Shown in pieces: positions 25,659-35,081 of a stretch of 64,000 nt of DNA; position 1 is the stretch's first letter, and each line of letters starts with the position of its first letter. Source of the stretch: Clostridia bacterium (lineage in GTDB: Bacteria; Bacillota; Clostridia; Christensenellales; Borkfalkiaceae); NCBI GenBank assembly GCA_017467275.1, contig JAFTSN010000028.1, positions 45,608-109,607 on the forward strand, given 5' to 3'. The notes under the pieces were generated by a model, which did not search any database, had not been told where the DNA came from, and saw nothing but the letters and a program-made list of their open reading frames with translations. Made by a program: the position numbers and the translations under genes.

Positions 25659-27668
25659 ATGAAACGGATTTTACCCTCCTATCCTTTGTTTATCAAGGAT
25701 CCCAATTTTTCCCTTTGGTCTCCGAGCGAGGAACTGAACAAGAGCCACGTGAAAACCTGGTTCGGTGCGGAAAAGAAAATCTACGGCTTTTTAAAGACGG
25801 GCAGAAACGCCTACTGCTTTATGGGGAACGCCGAGGACTTTGCGTCCTATGGGGTGATTCCTGCGAAACAGACCGATTTAAGCGTCACGGCGTTTTCGAC
25901 GGATTACACGTTCAAGGCGGGGAACGCCAAGCTTAAGCTCCGTTTTGTCTCCCCGCTTCCGCCCGACGATTTAGAACTTCTTTCCTTGCCTGTGGCGTAT
26001 ATGGAATACGAGATTGAGGGCGTGGAAAACTCGGAAATTTCAATGTTTGTCAGCGGGAAGATCGCTTATAACGATATCCGTGAGAATATGAATAAATCCG
26101 TCCGCGGCGGCGTGATAGCGCTCGACGGCTTCGAGGCGGGCTTTGTGGGACTCAAGCGGCAGCTCCTCCTCTCCAACAACGACGACGCGATCGGTGCGGA
26201 TTGGGGATATTGGTATTTGACGGGCGAGACGGCGTATCTTGCCGACGTAGCCGATCTCGGCGCATATCTTGCAGGGGGAGTGAAAGCTTTTTCCGCAAAC
26301 GGCGAGGATAAATACATAGCTTCCGTCAATCACGCAAAAACGGGTGTGATCGCGCTCGGTTACGACGATATCGTTTCAATCGACTACTACGGGGACTTTT
26401 TAAAGGGATACTATCTCGAGAATCACACGATTGGAGAAGCACTTGAATACACGCAAAAAAACCATAAGGCGATCGACGCGCAGCTCGATAAATTTTCCGC
26501 AGATTTGAAAGCGAGGGCGGCGAAATACGGCGAGAAGTACGAGACGGTTTTAAACGCGTCCTTGCGTCAGAGTGTGGGTGCGCATAAGCTCGTCAGGGAC
26601 AGGGAGGGAAACGTTTTGTTCCTGTCCAAGGAATGTGATTCCAACGGCTGTATTGCGACCGTCGACGTCTCTTATCCCTCAATGCCCTTATACCTGCTCT
26701 ATAATCCCGAGCTTGTCAAGGGCATGATGCGTCCCATACTGAAATTCGCCAAAATGCCTGTTTGGAACTATGATTTTGCGCCGCACGACGCGGGTACTTA
26801 TCCCGCTTGTTCGGGGCAGGTCTACGGCTTGAATCAGACCAAGACCCATTATCACGGGAACTATTATAAGGGCGGTTTTGCGGAGACGCATTTCCCTCTC
26901 TATCAACTCCCCGCCTCCTTCAAGGTTTACAATTTTGCCTACCAAATGCCCGTTGAGGAATGTGCGAATCTGCTCATTATGTTCCTTGCCGCTTATAAGT
27001 TTGACGGCGACATTTCCTTCTTTGAAAACGAGTTTGCGCTTTGCGAAAAGTGGGTGGAATACCTTGTTAAATACGGTTTGAAGCCCGAAAACCAGCTTTG
27101 CACGGACGATTTTGCAGGGCATCTCAAAAACAACTTGAATCTTGCAATCAAGGCGACGGTGGGTATCGCGGCGTATGCAGAACTGACAAACGCTTGCGGC
27201 AAAGGTGAAACGGGAGCGAAGTACCGTAAGATCGCGGAGGAATTTGCGGCAGAGATTATAGCGTTTGCGGCGAAATTCCCGCATATGCCCATTACGTGGG
27301 ATACGGACGAAAAGACGTTCAGCCTGAAATATAACTTTGCGTTTGATAAAATTTTCGACTTGGGACTCTTCCCGCAGAGCCTTTTCGAGAGCGAGACGGA
27401 CTACTACGTTCAAAAATGCGCGAAGTACGGCACGCCGCTTGATAGCCGTAAATCCTACACCAAGAGCGATTGGCTGATGTGGGCGGCATGTCTCACGGAC
27501 GATTTTGAAAAGCAGAAAAAGCTGATTTCCGCGCTCGAACGCTTCTTAAGAGAGACCCCCGATCGGGTGCCGTTCAGTGATTGGTATGAGACGGTGGACG
27601 GCAAGCATTGGTATTTCCAGGCGCGGACCGTTCAAGGCGGCTGTTTCATTCTTCTGTTGAATAAGTAA
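25659..27668 (+). CDS. Glutaminase-A-like protein (DUF4965/DUF1793-type), probable glycoside-hydrolase-like enzyme
   Basis: 669 aa. The block LSKECDSNGCIATVDVSYPSMPLYLLYNPELVKGMMRPI resembles the GtaA-like family as I recall it. Confidence 0.6.
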   Translation: MKRILPSYPLFIKDPNFSLWSPSEELNKSHVKTWFGAEKKIYGFLKTGRNAYCFMGNAEDFASYGVIPAKQTDLSVTAFSTDYTFKAGNAKLKLRFVSPLPPDDLELLSLPVAYMEYEIEGVENSEISMFVSGKIAYNDIRENMNKSVRGGVIALDGFEAGFVGLKRQLLLSNNDDAIGADWGYWYLTGETAYLADVADLGAYLAGGVKAFSANGEDKYIASVNHAKTGVIALGYDDIVSIDYYGDFLKGYYLENHTIGEALEYTQKNHKAIDAQLDKFSADLKARAAKYGEKYETVLNASLRQSVGAHKLVRDREGNVLFLSKECDSNGCIATVDVSYPSMPLYLLYNPELVKGMMRPILKFAKMPVWNYDFAPHDAGTYPACSGQVYGLNQTKTHYHGNYYKGGFAETHFPLYQLPASFKVYNFAYQMPVEECANLLIMFLAAYKFDGDISFFENEFALCEKWVEYLVKYGLKPENQLCTDDFAGHLKNNLNLAIKATVGIAAYAELTNACGKGETGAKYRKIAEEFAAEIIAFAAKFPHMPITWDTDEKTFSLKYNFAFDKIFDLGLFPQSLFESETDYYVQKCAKYGTPLDSRKSYTKSDWLMWAACLTDDFEKQKKLISALERFLRETPDRVPFSDWYETVDGKHWYFQARTVQGGCFILLLNK

Positions 27669-27675
27669 TAGAACG

Positions 27676-27708
27676 AATACTCCCGATGAAAAGTCGGGAG
27701 TATTTTTT
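27676..27708 (+). terminator. Intrinsic terminator
   Basis: Stem aatactcccga / tcgggagtatt followed by a T-run. Confidence 0.75.
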
Positions 27709-27740
27709 ATGCGTTAATAAAAAGGGGTTTAAAGGATAAT

Positions 27741-27776
27741 AAAAAAGAGCAACCATGTATGATTGCTCTTTTTTTA
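27741..27776. terminator. Bidirectional terminator (serves hydA on the minus strand)
   Basis: An A-run, stem agagcaa / ttgctct, then a T-run. Confidence 0.6.
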
Positions 27777-27791
27777 TTGCGCTGTTAAAGC

Positions 27792-29555
27792 TTAATTAAA
27801 TCTCTCTTTTGCCTTATAGGTGGTGTGGAGAAGCTCGTGCGCCTTATGCGAGTTGGGCTCGCCGAGGAAGGATTCATAGAGCTCCACGATTTGAGGGTTC
27901 TTATGCGAAACTCTTAATTCCTTGCTCTCGTCCTCTTGATAGAGCGCCGCAGCTCTCTTCGCCTTGAACGTGTCGAGAATGTCCGCGTCCTCGTTGGGAA
28001 GGAAGCAGGGCTTGACATACGGCTGACCGCCGCCTGCAACACACCCGCCGGGGCAGCCCATGATCTCAATGAAGAGATAGGGGCTCTTGCCTTCTCTGAT
28101 CTGATCGAGGAGAACTTTCGCGTTCTTCATGCCGTGTGCAACGGCAACCTTGACTTCCGTGCCGCCGAGGTTATAGCTCGCTTCTTTAATACCCTCGAAG
28201 CCTCTCACAGCCGTCAACTCAACCTTTTCAAGCTCCTTGCCCGTCAGCTTATAAGCCGCCGTTCTGAGCGCCGCTTCCATAACGCCGCCCGTGGTACCGA
28301 AGATAACGCCCGCGCCCGTGTATTCGCCAACGATATCGTTGTCGAACTGCTCGTCGGGAAGCTTTGCGAAGTTGATGCCCGAACGCTTAATGAGCTTACC
28401 GAGCTCTCTAGTTGTGAGAACTGCGTCGACGTCCTTAAGTCCGTTGACGGACAGCTCGGGTCTCTCTTTCTCATACTTCTTCGCCGTGCAGGGCATGATC
28501 GAAACGACGAACATGTCTTTAGGATCAATGCCGTTCTTCTCGCAATAGTAGCTCTTAAGAATCGCACCGAACATTTCGTGGGGCGATTTGCAGGACGAAA
28601 GGTGGGGAATGAGGTCGCCGTAGTAGTATTCGCAGTAGTTGACCCAACCGGGCGAGCAGGACGTGATCATGGGCAGCGTGCCGCCGTTCTTCACGCGGCT
28701 CAAAAGCTCGGTTGCTTCTTCCATGATCGTGAGGTCTGCACCGAAGTTGGTGTCGAACACTTTCTTGAAGCCGAGGCGCTTCAACGCCGCGACCATCTTG
28801 CCCGTGACAAGGGTACCGACAGGCATATCAAACTCTTCGCCGAGCGCCGCTCTCACGGCGGGAGCGGTCTGAACGACCACGTATTTGCCCGCTTTCATAG
28901 CCGCGTCGACCTTATCGATCTCGGAGACTTCCATGAGCGCGCCCGTGGGGCAGACGCTCACGCACTGACCGCAGAGGATGCAGGGGGAGTTTGCAAAGCT
29001 TCTGTTTTCAGCGGGAGCAACGATCGTGTTGAAGCCTCTCTTTTCAAAGCCCAAAACACCCGTACCGTGCGCGTTTTTACATCTCTCCACGCAACGACCG
29101 CAAAGCACGCACTTGGAAGTGTCTCTCACGATCGAGGGGGTGAGACGGTCGACCGTAACAGCGGTCTGTTCGCCCACGTACATATCGTCTCTTGCGCCCG
29201 TCACTTTTGCAACGTGCAGGAGCTCGCATTTGCCGTTCTTATCGCACTGCTGGCAGTTTTTGTTGTGGTTGGAAAGAAGAAGCTCGACGGAGGTTCTTCT
29301 TGCTGCGGTTGCCTTGGGCGAGGAGATCTTGATCTCCATACCCTCTGCAACGGGGTACACGCAGGACGCCACAAGACCTCTTGCGCCCGTTGCCTCTACG
29401 AGACAGACGCGGCAGGAGCCCTTGGAGCATTCTCCGTGGTTGAAAGCGCAAAGGGAAGGAATCTCGAATCCGCAAGCTTTTGCCGCTTCCAAAATAGTTA
29501 AACCGGCTTCTACCTCGAAAGGTACGCCCTCGATTTTAATGTTGACTTTAGCCAT
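27792..29555 (-). CDS. hydA: [FeFe]-hydrogenase catalytic subunit (HydA/HndD type)
   Basis: N-terminal 2Fe-2S and 4Fe-4S motifs (CVLCGRCVERC, CILCGQCVSVC) and H-cluster motifs TSCSPGW, MPCTAKK and EIMGCPGGC. Confidence 0.93.
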   Translation of the reverse strand: MAKVNIKIEGVPFEVEAGLTILEAAKACGFEIPSLCAFNHGECSKGSCRVCLVEATGARGLVASCVYPVAEGMEIKISSPKATAARRTSVELLLSNHNKNCQQCDKNGKCELLHVAKVTGARDDMYVGEQTAVTVDRLTPSIVRDTSKCVLCGRCVERCKNAHGTGVLGFEKRGFNTIVAPAENRSFANSPCILCGQCVSVCPTGALMEVSEIDKVDAAMKAGKYVVVQTAPAVRAALGEEFDMPVGTLVTGKMVAALKRLGFKKVFDTNFGADLTIMEEATELLSRVKNGGTLPMITSCSPGWVNYCEYYYGDLIPHLSSCKSPHEMFGAILKSYYCEKNGIDPKDMFVVSIMPCTAKKYEKERPELSVNGLKDVDAVLTTRELGKLIKRSGINFAKLPDEQFDNDIVGEYTGAGVIFGTTGGVMEAALRTAAYKLTGKELEKVELTAVRGFEGIKEASYNLGGTEVKVAVAHGMKNAKVLLDQIREGKSPYLFIEIMGCPGGCVAGGGQPYVKPCFLPNEDADILDTFKAKRAAALYQEDESKELRVSHKNPQIVELYESFLGEPNSHKAHELLHTTYKAKERFN

Positions 29556-29570
29556 TGTGAATTCCTCCGC

Positions 29571-31454
29571 TTATTTCTTAATGATAGCCTTGAACTTACA
29601 AGAAGCGATACACATACCGCACTTGACGCACTTCGCCTGATCGATCTGATAGGAGGGAAGCTTCTTGCCGGGCGCGGTGTAGTCCGTCTTGTTGATCGCG
29701 TTGACAGGGCAGCTTCTCGCGCAGACGCCGCAACCGAAGCACTTATCCTGCTCGATCGTATATTGCATCAAATTCTTACAAATATGCGCGGGACACTTCT
29801 TGTCCACGATGTGCGCGATATATTCGTCTCTGAAATGCTTGAGCGTGGAGAGAATGGGGTTGGGAGCCGTTTGACCGAGACCGCAGAGGGAGTTGCTCTT
29901 GACGTTTTCCGCAAGCTCCTCGAGTTCGGTGAGGTCGTCCATCGTTGCCTTACCGTCCGTGATCTTGGTGAGGATTTCGAGCATTCTCTTGGTGCCGATA
30001 CGGCAGGGGCTGCACTTACCGCAGGATTCGTCGTAGATGAATTCCATGTAGTATTTCGCAACGTCGACCATACAGTTGTCGTCGTCCCTGACGATTGCGC
30101 CGCCCGAGCCCATCATGGAGCCCTTCGCGACGAGGTTGTCGAAGTCGATCTCCGCGTCGAGGTCTTCTGCCGTCAAGCAACCGCCCGAGGGACCGCCTGT
30201 TTGGATCGCCTTGAACTTCTTGCCGTCGGGAATACCGCCGCCGATGTCGTAGATAAGCTCGCGGAGAGTCGTACCCATCGGGATTTCGACGAGACCGACG
30301 TTATTGATCTTGCCGCCGAGCGCGAACACCTTCGTGCCCTTGGAGCGTTCCGTGCCGTATTTTGCGAACGCGTCCTTGCCCTCTCTTAAAATATAGGGCA
30401 CGCACGCGAGCGTTTCAACGTTATTGATGATGGAAGGCTTGCCCCAAAGACCCTTGACTGCAGGGAACGGGGGACGGGGACGAGGCATACCTCTCTGACC
30501 CTCAATGGAGTTCAAAAGCGCCGTCTCCTCGCCACAGACGAACGCACCCGCGCCGAGACGGATGTGTACTCTAAACGAGAAGTTTGTGCCAAGAATATTG
30601 TCGCCCAAAAGTCCGAGCTCTTCCGCCTGCTTGATTGCAATCTTCAAGCGGTTGACTGCGATGGGGTACTCTGCACGGACGTAGAAATAACCGTTCTGCG
30701 CGCCGATTGCATAACCTGCAATCATCATACCCTCGATCACAGCAAGGGGATTGCCCTCGAGAATGGATCTGTCCATGAATGCGCCGGGGTCACCCTCGTC
30801 GCCGTTACAAACGACGTATTTCTCGCCCTCGGGCTGCGCATAGGCGAACTGCCACTTTCTGCCCGTGGGGAAGCCGCCGCCGCCGCGTCCGCGAAGACCC
30901 GAATCAAGGACCTCCTGAATGACGTCTGCTCTGTCCATTTGCAGGGCTCTTGCGAGACCTTTGAACGCGCCTGCGCCGAGGTTTTCATTAATGTCCTCGG
31001 GGTTGAGGCTGCCGCAGCCGTGAAGCGCGATACGGACCTGCTTTTTATAGAAGTTGATATCGTCCTGCTTGGTGACCTTTTCAGCCGTTGCGGGATCGAC
31101 GTAGAGAAGTCTGTCCACAACCTCGCCGCCCTCGATATCCTTTTCGACGATCTCTTGAACGTCTTCAACCTTAACGAGGCGGTATAACGTGTCCTCGGGA
31201 TAGATCTTGACGAAGGGGCCCTGCGAGCAGAAGCCGAAGCAACCAACCTGATTGACGGTCACTTTATCGCCGAGATTCTTTTCCGCGATGATCTTTTTAA
31301 ATTCCGCGGTAATCTCGTCGGACTTGGAGGAAAGACAGCCGGTACCGCCGCAGAGGACGATATGTCTCTTGCCGTCGTTACCCGTAAATTTTGCGCTGAG
31401 GCACGCCGCGCATTTCGCGGAGGTTTCGTTCAGCTCTTGAAAATTCTTAATCAT
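29571..31454 (-). CDS. hydB: NuoF-like NADH-binding flavoprotein subunit of bifurcating hydrogenase (HydB/HndC)
   Basis: Motif GGGGFPTGRKW, a thioredoxin-like 2Fe-2S N-terminal domain, and C-terminal CFGCGVCARSC and CVKCGMCIASC. Confidence 0.92.
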   Translation of the reverse strand: MIKNFQELNETSAKCAACLSAKFTGNDGKRHIVLCGGTGCLSSKSDEITAEFKKIIAEKNLGDKVTVNQVGCFGFCSQGPFVKIYPEDTLYRLVKVEDVQEIVEKDIEGGEVVDRLLYVDPATAEKVTKQDDINFYKKQVRIALHGCGSLNPEDINENLGAGAFKGLARALQMDRADVIQEVLDSGLRGRGGGGFPTGRKWQFAYAQPEGEKYVVCNGDEGDPGAFMDRSILEGNPLAVIEGMMIAGYAIGAQNGYFYVRAEYPIAVNRLKIAIKQAEELGLLGDNILGTNFSFRVHIRLGAGAFVCGEETALLNSIEGQRGMPRPRPPFPAVKGLWGKPSIINNVETLACVPYILREGKDAFAKYGTERSKGTKVFALGGKINNVGLVEIPMGTTLRELIYDIGGGIPDGKKFKAIQTGGPSGGCLTAEDLDAEIDFDNLVAKGSMMGSGGAIVRDDDNCMVDVAKYYMEFIYDESCGKCSPCRIGTKRMLEILTKITDGKATMDDLTELEELAENVKSNSLCGLGQTAPNPILSTLKHFRDEYIAHIVDKKCPAHICKNLMQYTIEQDKCFGCGVCARSCPVNAINKTDYTAPGKKLPSYQIDQAKCVKCGMCIASCKFKAIIKK

Positions 31455-31942
31455 CAGTTGTTCGCCTCCATTTCTCTGTATTCAGCCACGACCTTGGGTA
31501 CGGAATCAACGGTGAGTTTGGGATACACCTTGCCGTTGATCGTAACGGCGGGAGCGATACCGCAAGCGCCGATGCAGCGAAGCGCGTCCAGCGTGAACAG
31601 CCCGTCCTCGGATGTTTCGCCGGGCTTGATCCCGATAAGCTCGGAGAACTTGTCGATAATCTGTTGCGCGCCCTTTACGTAACAAGCGGTGCCGAGACAG
31701 CAGCCGATTACGTATTTTCCCTTGGGTTTGAGCGAGAAGAACGAGTAGAACGTGACCACGCCGTAAATTTCGGCAACGGAGATCCCCGTTCTTTCGGAAA
31801 CGAGTTCCTGTACTTCCAGAGGAATGTAGCCGTATTCCTTCTGAATGTCGCTCAGAATCATCATAAGCGGCGTTGTTTCGTCAACGTATCTATCGCAGAT
31901 CTCGTTGATCTTTTTGACTGCCGCCTCTTGTAAATGAGCCAT
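31454..31942 (-). CDS. hydC: NuoE-like 2Fe-2S subunit (HydC/HndA)
   Basis: Motifs CLGTACYVKG and CIGACGIAP. The stop overlaps the hydB start. Confidence 0.9.
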   Translation of the reverse strand: MAHLQEAAVKKINEICDRYVDETTPLMMILSDIQKEYGYIPLEVQELVSERTGISVAEIYGVVTFYSFFSLKPKGKYVIGCCLGTACYVKGAQQIIDKFSELIGIKPGETSEDGLFTLDALRCIGACGIAPAVTINGKVYPKLTVDSVPKVVAEYREMEANN

Positions 31943-32015
31943 AGTAGCCCTCCTTTAAAATGTTTAAAAAGTAGAAATGCACACCTCTATGTGTACCACA
32001 TAGCCGTACAAATTT

Positions 32016-32044
32016 ATTATACTATATTTTCTTTGTAGTGTCAA
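32016..32044 (-). promoter_or_regulatory. hydCBA promoter
   Basis: Minus strand has TTGACA (32044-32039), a 17-nt spacer and TATAAT (32021-32016). Confidence 0.6.
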
Positions 32045-32101
32045 TGTAAAATCCCGTTTTTATCGATATTTTTTCGGGAAATTTTTATCGATTGAGTCAA
32101 T

Positions 32102-32142
32102 AAAAAAGGAAACGGAGGCAAAAATTGCTTGTCTCCGTTTCC
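32102..32142 (-). terminator. Intrinsic terminator after uppP
   Basis: Stem ggaaacggag / ctccgtttcc. A plus-strand A6 at 32102-32107 gives a U-run on the minus strand. Confidence 0.7.
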
Positions 32143-32167
32143 GGTGCTCTTGTTTTTTGGCGGAATT

Positions 32168-33025
32168 TTATAAATAGGGGATCACGACCGCCGTTAAAAC
32201 GACGACGCCGAGAATGATCCGATAGATCCCGAACGGTTTGAAATCGTGCTTTTTCACAAAACGCATCAGGAATTTGATGCACAAAAGCGAAACGGCGAAC
32301 GCGACGGCGCAGCCGATGAGAAGATAGCCGATCTCCGCGCCTGTGAAACCGTTTCCGTCCATAAAAAATTGCAGGAGTTTATAGCCGCTCGCCCCCACCA
32401 TGGTCGGAATAGCGAGGAAAAACGTGAATTCTGCCGCCGCTGTTCTTGAGACGCCCAAAAGAAGCGCGCCGATAATGGTTACGCCCGAGCGCGAGGTGCC
32501 GGGAATTGCCGCGAGCACTTGAAAGCAGCCGATGAAAAACGCCGTTTTATAGGAGAGGGCGGAAATTTCCGAAATCTTCGTGTCCTTGCCCTTATTAAAG
32601 GATTCCACGACAATGAAAATAATACCGTAGAGGATAAGCATGGCTGCAACGACGACGGTTTCCTGCGTGGGGGAAAGCTTTTCAAAAAGCTTATCGGCAA
32701 CTAGCGCCAAAAGGGCGGGAACGCAGGCGAGAACAACCTTGAGCCAAAGGGTCAAAGTGTCTTTTTTCCAAACCGTTTTCCTCTCCCCGTTTTCTTGCAC
32801 TTCTGTCCCAAGAGGAAAAAGCTGTTTCCAAAAGACGACGACAACCGCGAGAATTGCTGCGAGCTGAATCACGTACTCGAACATATCGACGAACGCTTCC
32901 CGCTGTTTGAGAGGGAAAAAGGAGTCGAACAAGATCATGTGTCCCGTGCTGGAGACGGGGAGCCATTCCGTGATCCCTTCGATGATGCCGACGAGGATAA
33001 TTTTGAGAATTTCGATAAATTCCAT
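32168..33025 (-). CDS. uppP: Undecaprenyl-diphosphate phosphatase
   Basis: BacA motifs EWLPVSSTGH and PGTSRSG. Confidence 0.92.
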   Translation of the reverse strand: MEFIEILKIILVGIIEGITEWLPVSSTGHMILFDSFFPLKQREAFVDMFEYVIQLAAILAVVVVFWKQLFPLGTEVQENGERKTVWKKDTLTLWLKVVLACVPALLALVADKLFEKLSPTQETVVVAAMLILYGIIFIVVESFNKGKDTKISEISALSYKTAFFIGCFQVLAAIPGTSRSGVTIIGALLLGVSRTAAAEFTFFLAIPTMVGASGYKLLQFFMDGNGFTGAEIGYLLIGCAVAFAVSLLCIKFLMRFVKKHDFKPFGIYRIILGVVVLTAVVIPYL

Positions 33026-33173
33026 GAAGCGTTTCTCCTGAAAATCTCATCTGTTTTTAGCGTTTGAACGGTCTATGCACAGGCATTATAGCACGAAACG
33101 CCCAAAAAGTAAACAAAAAACCGTAAAAAACTCACAAAATTGGGAAGATTAAGAAAATTTTTTTAACAAAACC

Positions 33174-33202
33174 TTGCAATCGCGACGCGGTTGTGTTATA
33201 AT
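33174..33202 (+). promoter_or_regulatory. csp promoter with a 5' UTR of about 120 nt
   Basis: TTGCAA (33174-33179), a 17-nt spacer and TATAAT (33197-33202). Long leaders are typical of cold-shock genes. Confidence 0.55.
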
Positions 33203-33326
33203 AACATTGTATTCAAGATAAAACGGGGAAAATGCGCGATTCTTTTGCAGGGTTCGTTTCGCAGGGGATACAAGCTTTTTATGTTTCTATTGGGGGTACG
33301 GAATATATTAAGGAGGTGTACCTAAG

Positions 33327-33539
33327 ATGAGTCAGGGTACAGTCAAATGGTTTAATGCGGAGAAGGGCTACGGCTTTATCGCGAACGACGAGGGTGGGGA
33401 CGACGTGTTCGTTCACTATTCCGCGATCCAAGCGGAGGGCTACAGAAGCCTGAAAGAGGGGCAGAAAGTTTCCTTTGAGACGGAAGAAGACCCCAAAAAT
33501 CCCAATAAGCTTCGCGCCGTGAACGTGACCGCGCTGTAA
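33327..33539 (+). CDS. csp: Cold-shock protein (CspA family)
   Basis: Motifs [15 protein letters not shown] (RNP1) and VFVHYSAI (RNP2), 70 aa. Confidence 0.95.
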   Translation: MSQGTVKWFNAEKGYGFIANDEGGDDVFVHYSAIQAEGYRSLKEGQKVSFETEEDPKNPNKLRAVNVTAL

Positions 33540-33647
33540 GCCGTAGGGAGGCCCAAAGAAAAAAGCGAAAGAAAAAACGTTTTAAAGATACGACCGAGAG
33601 GATTCTCGCGGCCGCAGACCTTTATACGCGAAACGGTGACGCATTTT

Positions 33648-33695
33648 CCACCGCACCTTGCTTGCGTGAAAAACAAGAGGTGCGGTGCTTTTTTT
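33648..33695 (+). terminator. Intrinsic terminator
   Basis: Stem caccgcacc / ggtgcggtg followed by CTTTTTTT. Confidence 0.7.
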
Positions 33696-33712
33696 GGTCG
33701 AAAGGATAGAGC

Positions 33713-34690
33713 ATGAAAGAGACGAAAGAAAAAATTAAAAAGCCGAAAGAGAATGAAGACGGGACACCCGTGTCCGAGGTTACCGTACTTAAAAGCGGCA
33801 ATGCGCCGACAGAAGAAGAGGCGGTTTCATGCGGGCAAGAGAGAACGGTAAAAAAAGAGGGGTATATTAAGCGCAAACTGAAATCCGCGCTGCACGCCTT
33901 TCTTCTTGCGCTTCACGATCGGGAGGCGGTCGTTCGTCACATCAAGGCAAAGCGGATTGCCGTTTTGGCGTTTTTGTTGTTTTTCCTCGTTTCCACCACG
34001 GTGTTTTTCGTGACGGTCGGGCAAAAGATCGAGCTGTTTGTCAAGGATCCCGAGGGCTTCAAAAGCTGGTTGGACAGCTTTGGCGCGGGCAGCGTGACGG
34101 TCTTTGTCGTTTTGCGCGTTTTACAGACGGTTTTAAGAATCGTTCCGGGCGGTGCGCTCCAGCTTGCGGGCGGCTGTGTGTTCGGAACGTGGGGCGGGCT
34201 TTTATGGTGTCTTGTGGGATCTTTGATCGGCACGCTGATCATTCTAATTTTGAGCCGTTGCTTCGGGACCCGTCTCGTCGGGCTTTTCGTTTCCCCCGAA
34301 CGCGTGAAATCCTTTTCTCTCTTAAAGGATAAGAAAAAACGCAATTTCGTATTTTTCCTTTTATACCTGGTTCCAGGCGTGCCCAAAGACGTTTTTGCAT
34401 GGGTTGCGGGTGTGACGGACGAAAACATTTTCGAGTTTTTGTTAATTTCGACGATCGGTCGTCTGCCGTCCGTGCTTGTGTCCACTTGGTGCGGCGCGGA
34501 GCTCGTCAGCCGTAATTATATGCGCGCGGTGATCATTTTCGCCGCGGTGATCGTGGCGGGCGTCGTGTTCGGCTTCGGGTATAGATACTTTGCTAAAAAA
34601 CACCGTCAGGCTATCGCGGAAAAAAAGGAAGCGGCGGAAAAAGAGGAAAAAATCCCGTTCGACAGGATTCGACAAACAAAGTCAAAGTAA
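33713..34690 (+). CDS. TVP38/TMEM64 (DedA-related) family membrane protein with a charged N-terminal extension
   Basis: Polytopic core with LYLVPGVPKDVFAWVAGV. Confidence 0.75.
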   Translation: MKETKEKIKKPKENEDGTPVSEVTVLKSGNAPTEEEAVSCGQERTVKKEGYIKRKLKSALHAFLLALHDREAVVRHIKAKRIAVLAFLLFFLVSTTVFFVTVGQKIELFVKDPEGFKSWLDSFGAGSVTVFVVLRVLQTVLRIVPGGALQLAGGCVFGTWGGLLWCLVGSLIGTLIILILSRCFGTRLVGLFVSPERVKSFSLLKDKKKRNFVFFLLYLVPGVPKDVFAWVAGVTDENIFEFLLISTIGRLPSVLVSTWCGAELVSRNYMRAVIIFAAVIVAGVVFGFGYRYFAKKHRQAIAEKKEAAEKEEKIPFDRIRQTKSK

Positions 34691-34810
34691 GACAAATAAA
34701 GACAGTCGAAAAAGGGAGGGTTTTGTTGATTTTCTTCCCGTTTTGTAGTATCATATTATTAGCCGAGAGGGGAGACCCTGCGGCAATACAAACGCTTGGA
34801 GGATACGGAC

Positions 34811-34978
34811 ATGACGGAAGAAAAAATGGGCAGGGTAAGCAAGGAAGAAGTGGCGGAGGAGCTGTTTGCGGCAATCAAGGACTGTTTTGTCGGCAAGGCG
34901 AATTTAAACGGCTGTAAAATCGAGCTTGCGCTTTTGAGCGGAGAGACGTTCGCTATTTTCGTGCAGGAAAGCAATTGA
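34811..34978 (+). CDS. Small hypothetical protein (55 aa)
   Basis: GGAGGA RBS 7 nt before ATG 34811. It has its own promoter-like TTGATT, 17-nt spacer and TATCAT (34726-34754). I recognise no family. Confidence 0.4.
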   Translation: MTEEKMGRVSKEEVAEELFAAIKDCFVGKANLNGCKIELALLSGETFAIFVQESN

Positions 34979-35019
34979 CGAATTTTTGTGAAATTTCAAT
35001 AATAGACCCGACCGTGCTA

Positions 35020-35049
35020 TTGACAAAGCGGTCGGGTTTATTGTATAAT
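35020..35049 (+). promoter_or_regulatory. lgt promoter
   Basis: TTGACA (35020-35025), an 18-nt spacer and TATAAT (35044-35049). Confidence 0.55.
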
Positions 35050-35081
35050 AAGAATCGAAAACGACGAAAAAGGGGGATAGT

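Noticed and set aside
27936-29501. 521-aa plus-strand ORF antisense to hydA
   Set aside because: It lies entirely inside, and antisense to, a gene with unmistakable [FeFe]-hydrogenase motifs. Its translation is Arg/Ala/Gly-rich with low complexity, and it has no RBS. This is a typical shadow ORF of GC-rich coding DNA.
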